Of a stretch of DNA of 64,000 nt, positions 57,299 to 64,000 are shown in pieces. Numbering within the stretch: position 1 is the first letter of the stretch; the number at the start of each line of letters is the position of its first letter. Under the pieces are notes generated by a model. That model was not told the DNA's origin. It saw only the letters and a program-made list of their open reading frames with translations, and did not search any database. The position numbers and the translations under genes were made by a program. The DNA is from Candidatus Latescibacterota bacterium (lineage in GTDB: Bacteria > Latescibacterota > UBA2968 > UBA8231): NCBI GenBank assembly GCA_965206595.1, contig OZ242214.1, forward strand, positions 3,808,001-3,872,000, in the 5' to 3' direction.

Positions 57299-58117
57299 GT
57301 GAGTGCGATGCTGAAAATCGAATTGCTGGACCCGAACGACCCCGGCCGCGCCGCGGCGACCTTCCACCGCGACGGCTTCGTGGCGCTGCGGGACGTGTTG
57401 TCAGCGGAGCAGTTGCGCGCCATCCAGGCCTCCTATCGGGAGGTGATCGAGCAGGAACTGCACGCTGATCCGGAGCGCAAAGGCAATCGCGGCCACCATC
57501 GCTACTCCGCATCCGGCAGAGACAACCAACCGGAATGGAGCCTGCTCATGGACCTGCCGACCGTGCTTCCGACGCTGGATTCCATATGGAAGCCGGAGTC
57601 GCGCTGGCACAAGTCCGAATCGGGTGGAGCCGACTTCGTCTGCCGCGGCACTGGGGGAGACTACTCGCTGCCCGGTGCGCAAATACAGGAACTCCACTCC
57701 GACGGCCTGCTCGAAATTGCCGATCCCCACGATCACATCTCCATCCGCGACACCCCTGCCCCGCAGATAACCGTCAATATCACGATGATCGACTTCACCG
57801 TGGAAAACGGCGCCACCCGGATCATCCCGTTTTCGCAGCGGTCGCGCGCCGCGATCCCAACCCTGGCGGAAGAGCCGGACTGGATGAAAGAGTGCACGGT
57901 CTGCATGCCGGAGGGAACCGCCATCCTCCGCGACATCCGCACCTGGCACGGCGGCACCGCCAACAACTCCGACGACGTACGGGCCATGACCGGCGTCGCC
58001 TACCTCGCCCCCTGGTTCCGCTACCGCAGCGACTCGAAAACCCTGACCCGCGAAACGTTCGAAAACCTGTCCCCTCGCGGGCAGGAAGTCTGCCGCTATC
58101 TGGTTCAGGATTCGTGA
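57299..58117 (+). CDS. PhyH family Fe/2OG dioxygenase
   Basis: FHRDGFV, QELHSD, DFTVENGATRIIP, WHGGTAN.S...R. Confidence 0.88.
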   Translation: MSAMLKIELLDPNDPGRAAATFHRDGFVALRDVLSAEQLRAIQASYREVIEQELHADPERKGNRGHHRYSASGRDNQPEWSLLMDLPTVLPTLDSIWKPESRWHKSESGGADFVCRGTGGDYSLPGAQIQELHSDGLLEIADPHDHISIRDTPAPQITVNITMIDFTVENGATRIIPFSQRSRAAIPTLAEEPDWMKECTVCMPEGTAILRDIRTWHGGTANNSDDVRAMTGVAYLAPWFRYRSDSKTLTRETFENLSPRGQEVCRYLVQDS

Positions 58118-58148
58118 CGGGAAACGACGCACACCTCGCCGGCGCGGG

Positions 58149-59741
58149 TTACACCTGGTAGGCGAATATCTTGGCCTGGAACATCTTCAGCCGGACAGCC
58201 ACCATCTCGCCCACCCCGGAGAGGTCGCTGCTTCCCTGCCAGGTCACCACCCGGTCGGCAGCATCCCCCGTCAGGCGGTCGCACTCCTCGAAGGTGAAGC
58301 CCGGGAGCGGGTCGACGTCGCCGTGGAACATGGAGGGCATCATGCGCATGAGCTCCACGCTCACCCACCCCCCCGGCTGGCAGCGGTAGTTCAACCGCAG
58401 CTCGTCGTTGCGCCGGTAGAGGGTCGGTATGGTGAACCGCCCCTCGTTCCGCGCCTCGAAACCGCAGAAGCGGTGCGGCTGCCACAGGGCCCAGCCCATC
58501 TTTCTCGGCTGCTGCTGCGGGAACAGGGCGGCGGCGTACTCCTCCTTGACGTTGTGAAGCCTCGATTCGGCCCAGTACTGGGCGCCCCAGTGTCCGTCCG
58601 GCAGCTCGAAGATTCCGGCGGTGCCCATCATGCCCTCTTCGCCGCTGCCGGGAGGGCCCAGCGTCACGATGGGCCGGCGTTCCGGGCGGTACCAGATCAG
58701 CCCATCCCGGCTGAAGGCAATCTGCACGTCCATCTGGCCGGTCATATGGTGGAAGACCGGCGTCAGCATGCCGTGGAGGTCGGTGCGTCCCGGATACGGA
58801 AAGTAGCTGTGAGCGTAGAAGGAGATGTCGAAGTCGTCCTGGGCATCGGGATGCATCACCAGCTTCGAGGCCGGCCAGCGGCGAAAGTCTTTCGTCCTGC
58901 AAAAGCCGTTCGCCCGGCGTACCATCTCCACCTCCTGAACGCCTGTCCCGATACCCTTCGGATCCTCCGGGGCAAAGCCTTGAGGCTGCATGTACGCGTA
59001 GTAGGTGCCGCTCTCTTCATCATACCCGGCGACGATGCCCCCGTTGACGGAGTACTCCGCCAGCGGCTCCTCGATCTGCTTCCAGCCACGGAAGCGGTCC
59101 GGGGACGTCCAGCCGACCATCCACCCCCGCAGCACCACCTTGGGGCCCCGGTAGTCCTCCCCCCCCTCGTAGTGCATGGCATCCCACCGCTTTCTGGCCT
59201 CCTCGTCAGCCAGCTTCTCCCAGGTGTCGGGGTCGTACCAGCCGGCCCCGGCCCCCATGGCCTTGAACCGCTCCTCGGGCGGGGCCGAGGGGTCCTCGAA
59301 AATGCCCCCCTCCGGGTGGGTGTCGGCGCGGATGTTGTTCTTTTTGGAGCCGTCGTACTCCACCTCTCCCAGGTCGGGACGGGTCCAGTGGTAGCAGTCG
59401 TCGCTGACGGCGTAGCAGGTGCCCGTCCCCGCGGCGTGGTAGAACATGTGATAGCGGCCATCTTCGTACCACAGGTCGCTGGGAGAGAGCCCCCCCTTCT
59501 CCCACTCGACCTCTCCATCGAAAACCACGGGGGCCTTGGCGGCCTCTTCGACCCTGAGCTCGATTCCGACCGGGGCGTCGTACAGGTTGTACTCCCCCTG
59601 GCGGGAGACACTTCTGTTGCCGGGAAAGATCTCCGAGACGTCGATCAGCGGCATCCACGTCCCGGGATTGCTTCTCGGCCTTACCCAGTCGCCCGGGAAG
59701 AAGCCCTGCCAAGGTCCGGAAAGAACTCTCTCTTCAGCCAT
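58149..59741 (-). CDS. Putative five-bladed beta-propeller glycoside hydrolase
   Basis: YAVSDDCYHWTRPDLG, PPEERFK, QIAFSRDGLIWYRP, LKMFQAKIFAY; similar to 32155-33621. Confidence 0.7.
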   Translation of the reverse strand: MAEERVLSGPWQGFFPGDWVRPRSNPGTWMPLIDVSEIFPGNRSVSRQGEYNLYDAPVGIELRVEEAAKAPVVFDGEVEWEKGGLSPSDLWYEDGRYHMFYHAAGTGTCYAVSDDCYHWTRPDLGEVEYDGSKKNNIRADTHPEGGIFEDPSAPPEERFKAMGAGAGWYDPDTWEKLADEEARKRWDAMHYEGGEDYRGPKVVLRGWMVGWTSPDRFRGWKQIEEPLAEYSVNGGIVAGYDEESGTYYAYMQPQGFAPEDPKGIGTGVQEVEMVRRANGFCRTKDFRRWPASKLVMHPDAQDDFDISFYAHSYFPYPGRTDLHGMLTPVFHHMTGQMDVQIAFSRDGLIWYRPERRPIVTLGPPGSGEEGMMGTAGIFELPDGHWGAQYWAESRLHNVKEEYAAALFPQQQPRKMGWALWQPHRFCGFEARNEGRFTIPTLYRRNDELRLNYRCQPGGWVSVELMRMMPSMFHGDVDPLPGFTFEECDRLTGDAADRVVTWQGSSDLSGVGEMVAVRLKMFQAKIFAYQV

Positions 59742-60022
59742 TTTTTCGCCCTCCTGAGCGACGCCGCGAGTACGGGCGTGTTGTTTACGGCCTGAGCACG
59801 GGTGCGCCCACGCAGTCGGGCGCGAAAAGACTGAGGCGCATCCCAGGCCGTACAGTTTCAGGCTCGTTGGTCTCCACCTTCACTACCACGGGGGTGCGCA
59901 CACCGGGCGGCCCGGTAATGATCGCCCGGAGGTCGCACATCCTTCCATCCCTCATCCCGTTCCCTGTTCACAGTACATTCCGACCGACTATCGGAAGGAG
60001 TTGCGCAAAGGAGCACGGGCGG

Positions 60023-60948
60023 CTACTCCCTATCCAAAGACGCTTTGATCCGGCCCCAAGTGACTGACTCTGTTGCGGTGTCTTCTTGAGGATCAATCGG
60101 GGAGGCGGGCAGCAACAGTCCGTCGAGGTAAACATCCGCCCGGTAATGAGATAGCAGGTCCAGTCCGGGTCTTCAGTCTGGACTGCTTCAGGCACCAAGG
60201 TGCCCCAGCTGTATTCGTCGTCGCTGTCGCCCACGAGGATCGCAAAACCTATGACCTCTCCTGCAGTCAGATTGCTGACCACGACGTCTTCAGGCCGACT
60301 ATCCGGTCCCTGCCAACTGTCGTATGGAGTGACGTACAGCTCGATTACCCTGATGATCGGGTTTTCCCCGGCGACCCCACCGCCTACGTCTCCGAAGGGA
60401 GGAAAGAACATCCAGGACTCTTCTGTGTTGGTTACCAGGTACCCGCCGCTCAAGCCTGACCAGGAATGGCCATACAACGCAGGTTGGCCATCGGCCGTAC
60501 GGGCAATTGCCCCATATTGCTGCGATTCTCCCCAAAAATTCACTGCTTCGTCGAATTCCAAAGAACTCCCACCGCCGCTGTGATCTCCGTCGATAGCCAG
60601 GATAAGTTGGGGACTGCCCAACCTATCGGGTTCGATGTACACGTCGTCGCTGCCCAAGAAGGCGACATAGAGCCGAGCCGGGTCATCATGCCAGGCCAGC
60701 CAGATGCGGAAGTCCAGATCGGATGGATCAGGTAAGTTGCCCCCGGCCGTCCGGAAATCCACCAAGGCCATGGTGGGCTCGCCTACCAGATCGTACCACT
60801 CATCTGCCGAGCCGTCGTTCAGCTGAATTCTTTCCAGCATATCGTCGGTGAGCTCCGGAATGGGATACAGACGCTCGCCGCTGTGGGCGCCGGCGGATGT
60901 TGCCAGCGCGAGCATCAGGCAAAGGGTAGCGCAGCAGCTTTTCTTCAT
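60023..60948 (-). pseudogene. Secreted paralog (cf. 46168) with frameshift near 60160
   Basis: HSGERLYPIPELTD...DPSDLDFRIWLAWHD; expected tail DVYLDGLLL...TATESVTWGRIKASLDRE* lies in a shifted frame ending at 60023. Confidence 0.75.
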
Positions 60949-61045
60949 GACTTACCTCCGGGTAGTACTGAAATTCCAAATTAAATGACGGACTAGTGTC
61001 GCGGCCCACGGATAACTTGGAAAATTCCGGCGGACAGGCACGATT

Positions 61046-61795
61046 TCAGGACGCGAAACGCCTGAGATCCGCCTTGTACTCCCAGCCGAGCAGCTCCCTG
61101 GCGCGGTCGACGTCGCAGGTGGCCGCGGCTTCCGGCGTCCCGGCGGCGTGGAAGACGTCGAATTGGACGCTGTCCGTTTCCAGGGCCAGCCGGCACCCCT
61201 CGGCGAGGTCGTGGCGGCAGACCCAGCTTTCGCTGAACCCCGTCATCGGCGTGCCCCCCTTGTTTATCCCGAGGCGCGCGTCGACGATCGAGCACGGGCG
61301 CAGCACGATGATCGACAGCCCCTTGCCCTCGTGGAACTGCCGGCACATCTCCTCCTGCAGGCGCTTGGTGACCGCGTAGAGACTGGCGTCGGGGCGCCTT
61401 ACCTCAGGTCCGAAGAAGATCCCCTCCGGGTGCCTGGTCTGCGCCGAGCCGACGTGAACGACGCGCGCGATGCCTTTGCGGTCGCAGATCTCGAGCACGT
61501 TCCACAGGCCCTTCAGGTTGATGGTGAAGGGCAGGACGTCGCCGTCGCCGTACGCCCCTCCGAGCACGGCGAGGTGAATGACGCGGTCGATTCCGTCGAG
61601 GGCGCTCTCGACCGTCGCGAAGTCGGAGATGTCGCCGTGAACGATCTCCCCCTGCCTCCACTCGCCGTCGATCTCCGCGAACTGCTCCCAGGCTTCCGGC
61701 CCGGAGTCGAAGGCGCGGATTTCGTGCATGCCCTCCAGGTTTGCCAACACCGCCCGCCCCACCCAGCCCGCAGCGCCCAGTACCAAGACTTTCAC
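61046..61795 (-). CDS. NAD-dependent epimerase/dehydratase (uronate dehydrogenase-like SDR)
   Basis: GAAGWVG, GDI.D, IHLA, YAVTK; GGAGGA RBS. Confidence 0.88.
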   Translation of the reverse strand: MKVLVLGAAGWVGRAVLANLEGMHEIRAFDSGPEAWEQFAEIDGEWRQGEIVHGDISDFATVESALDGIDRVIHLAVLGGAYGDGDVLPFTINLKGLWNVLEICDRKGIARVVHVGSAQTRHPEGIFFGPEVRRPDASLYAVTKRLQEEMCRQFHEGKGLSIIVLRPCSIVDARLGINKGGTPMTGFSESWVCRHDLAEGCRLALETDSVQFDVFHAAGTPEAAATCDVDRARELLGWEYKADLRRFAS

Positions 61796-61863
61796 CTCAT
61801 TCCTCCTTGTTTGCCCGGGTCAGGGGCATAAGCTACGTTGGGAAACAGGCGTCAGACAGCAGC

Positions 61864-61940
61864 GCACCCATAGCTCAATTGGATAGAGCATCTGGCTTCG
61901 GACCAGAGGGTTGGGGGTTCGAGTCCTCTTGGGTGCGCCA
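61864..61940 (+). tRNA. tRNA-Arg (anticodon UCG)
   Basis: GCACCCA/TGGGTGC acceptor stem, GCTC/GAGC D-stem, TCTGG-CT TCG GA-CCAGA anticodon arm, GTTCGAGT T-loop, encoded CCA. Confidence 0.95.
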
Positions 61941-61959
61941 TTATTTTGGCCCTTCCGCG

Positions 61960-62580
61960 ATGAAACTCGCCCGCTTTCTACTGGTCCTCTTCTGGTGCTG
62001 GCCGCTGACTGTCTCGGGGCAGGAATCGGCAATCTCCGGTGTGTGGGAGCTGCATTCCGAGGATGGCTTCGGGTCGGTTTCGCTGCGCCTGCAGACTTCG
62101 GCAGACGGCAGCCTTTCCCTGAAAGCCGCGGGGAGAGCCGGCCCCGAGCTGCTCGACCTGGTCGGGGATGAGCTCGCCTTCCTCCCGGACAGCCTCGTGG
62201 CCGCGGTCGACGGCGCCGGTACCTGGCGGGCCGACGGCGATTCCCTGCGCATCTCCTGGTCGCAGCTGGACATAGCCGTAAACGGCGTGCCGCTAACCCG
62301 TTTCCTCGACGCCCTCGCCGCCGATCTCGCGGACGCCCTGGATGATGATTTTCAGCTGGAGGAAGAGGAGCTCGAAGCGTTCCGGGAGTCGGTGGCGAGC
62401 ATGCTGCTCGGCCAGCTCTCCGGCCTGCTGCTTCTCGACGATTCCGTGGCGGCCCGCTTCAGCGTCGAAGAGGACCGCCTGACGCTGACGACCTCGGATG
62501 GCTCGGTGTCGCTTTATCGTTCCGGCGGGGACAGCGCGGTCCGGGAGCTCAGCTGGGGCTACGTCAAGAGCGCACGATAG
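61960..62580 (+). CDS. Secreted protein with C-terminal SWGYVK tail
   Basis: Signal peptide MKLARFLLVLFW...VSG|Q; lipocalin-like G.W strands; ends SAVRELSWGYVKSAR. Confidence 0.7.
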   Translation: MKLARFLLVLFWCWPLTVSGQESAISGVWELHSEDGFGSVSLRLQTSADGSLSLKAAGRAGPELLDLVGDELAFLPDSLVAAVDGAGTWRADGDSLRISWSQLDIAVNGVPLTRFLDALAADLADALDDDFQLEEEELEAFRESVASMLLGQLSGLLLLDDSVAARFSVEEDRLTLTTSDGSVSLYRSGGDSAVRELSWGYVKSAR

Positions 62581-62620
62581 GCTTGCCAAGGGCGATTCCG
62601 CTCCCTGGCGTCACACTCAC

Positions 62621-63133
62621 TTATTGTTTTTCAACGCTTCCGAGAACGCCAGCGGTGTCAATGCGGGCGACAATGCGCATGGTGACGACGTCGTATATGC
62701 TGCGTATGTCCCCGGAACGGATGACGAACTCCCCGATTTCCACCTTCGCCTCCCGGGCCTGCAGAACCACCGGCAGGCCGAAGGGGATGAAGTTGTCGAG
62801 GAGGAATCCCTGGTCGTCGAGGAAGCGCAGATCGTAGCGCAGCTCCACCGGGCGTTCCGCCGTGCCGCGGAACTGTATCCGGTAGAGACCGTCGATTTCG
62901 AGGTCGCCTATGGCGTCGAAGGCCGCGGTCAGGGGCCGCCAGTAGACGCTGTCGACGGCCACGGCCTCCTCCAGTCCGGCAGGTGCGCGCTCGACCTGGT
63001 ATTCGCTCGAAAGGTCGAAGATGCCGTCGTCCTCGAAGCCGGTGCCGCAGCCGCCGGCAGCGGCGAGGGCGAGCGCGAGCAACAGAACGCGCGGAAGTCC
63101 TGCGAATGTCGAGATTCGTGCCACAGTTCTCAT
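62621..63133 (-). CDS. Lipoprotein, YcfL/DUF1425-like
   Basis: AAGGC lipobox; VELRYDLRFLDDQGF. Confidence 0.5.
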   Translation of the reverse strand: MRTVARISTFAGLPRVLLLALALAAAGGCGTGFEDDGIFDLSSEYQVERAPAGLEEAVAVDSVYWRPLTAAFDAIGDLEIDGLYRIQFRGTAERPVELRYDLRFLDDQGFLLDNFIPFGLPVVLQAREAKVEIGEFVIRSGDIRSIYDVVTMRIVARIDTAGVLGSVEKQ

Positions 63134-63401
63134 GGGGTGCGGGGGCAGCGATCGGACTGATACGGACGGCGAAATTTATGGAAAAGGACCGCACGATGGT
63201 CCAGTACCCGGCGGCAGGTGTTCAGGCCATGCCATCCAGCACCTGGAGATCGGTTCCCGGCGCTTGGGGGAAGCTCGCCGAGAGCCAACCGGCCGCCAGC
63301 GTTCCAACGCTCTTCCCGTAACCCACCTGGCAACCCTCTTGCTCCTGCCTCCGGCTTCGCGCTAGACTTGGTTTCTCCATCCCACTTACCCGGACAAGCC
63401 C

Positions 63402-64000
63402 TTGAACCCTTCCGAAAGCACGCCGCAACCGCTGTTCCGGTTTCTGCAGATGAGCGACCTGCACATCACCGCCGACCCGGCGCGGGCCCCGTTCGTCCGC
63501 GCCGTCGAGCGCGCCCGCTGGCTGACCTCCGAGCTGGCCGGCGGCAGCCTCGCCGGCATCGACCTCGTCCTCTGCGTCGGGGACGCCATCAACGGCGGCT
63601 CCCCGGACGAAGCCCGGGAGGACTACGAAGCCTTCAACGCCCTTACCAGGGAGATGCCCCAGCCGCTGCTGGCGGTGCCGGGCAACCACGAGACCAACGC
63701 CCGCGAAGGGGACCCGGAGTACGCCGCCCTTTTCCAGCAGGGGTTCGGGGTCGCCGCCACGAGCCACGCTCACAGACACGGGGACCTGCTGTTCGTGATG
63801 CTCGACAACTCCGGCTCCAGCACCTGCGGCCCGGAGGTGTACGCCCGCCGCGAGCGCTGGCTGCGCGACACCCTCGAGGCGCATCGCGGTCTTCCCAAGA
63901 TCCTCTGCTGCCACGTGCCGCTGGTGCCGATGCGGGACGCTTCGCTGCTTGCCCGGTCGCTGAGAATCGAGTCCTGGATGACGCGCGAGCCGGAGATCCT
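63402..64000 (+). CDS. Metallophosphoesterase, partial (runs off window)
   Basis: Frame absent from ORF track: FLQMSDLH, VGDAIN, VPGNHE, LDNS, CHVP. Confidence 0.85.
   Translation, partial: MNPSESTPQPLFRFLQMSDLHITADPARAPFVRAVERARWLTSELAGGSLAGIDLVLCVGDAINGGSPDEAREDYEAFNALTREMPQPLLAVPGNHETNAREGDPEYAALFQQGFGVAATSHAHRHGDLLFVMLDNSGSSTCGPEVYARRERWLRDTLEAHRGLPKILCCHVPLVPMRDASLLARSLRIESWMTREPEI

Noticed and set aside
59800-59808. GGGTGCGCC matching the tRNA 3' end (possible att site)
   Set aside because: Only 9 nt in GC-rich DNA, upstream of the tRNA, with no integrase

Overview
GC-rich bacterial window. Gene content (PhyH dioxygenase expansion, enolase-superfamily enzymes, GH-like beta-propellers, FlgD/T9SS-like C-terminal domains, 'SWGxIK' tails) resembles Latescibacterota/Poribacteria-type bacteria, often sponge-associated; this assignment is inference. 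Four parts stand out. (1) A ~20 kb minus-strand operon (26312->5897) of 11 envelope or secreted proteins: a strongly translated CTD-bearing first gene followed by an intrinsic terminator, a discoidin/CHU_C-type protein, three tandem paralogous ~900-1050 aa predicted outer-membrane proteins with Ca-binding Asp loops, a 1086 aa TPR protein, DUF5683-like, FN3-like lipoprotein, DUF4159, another lipoprotein and a CsgG/FlgT-like protein. This is the best candidate for an undescribed surface export/assembly system. (2) Long runs of catabolic enzymes. (3) A lower-GC patch (45.2-48.4 kb) with remnants of ISL3, ISKra4 and IS3, a YegP pseudogene, and copies of a secreted paralog family with a putative C-terminal 'SWGxIK' sorting motif. 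(4) tRNA-Arg(UCG). No CRISPR array, rRNA or intact integrase/transposase was seen. All family calls come from motif recognition by eye, not database searches.
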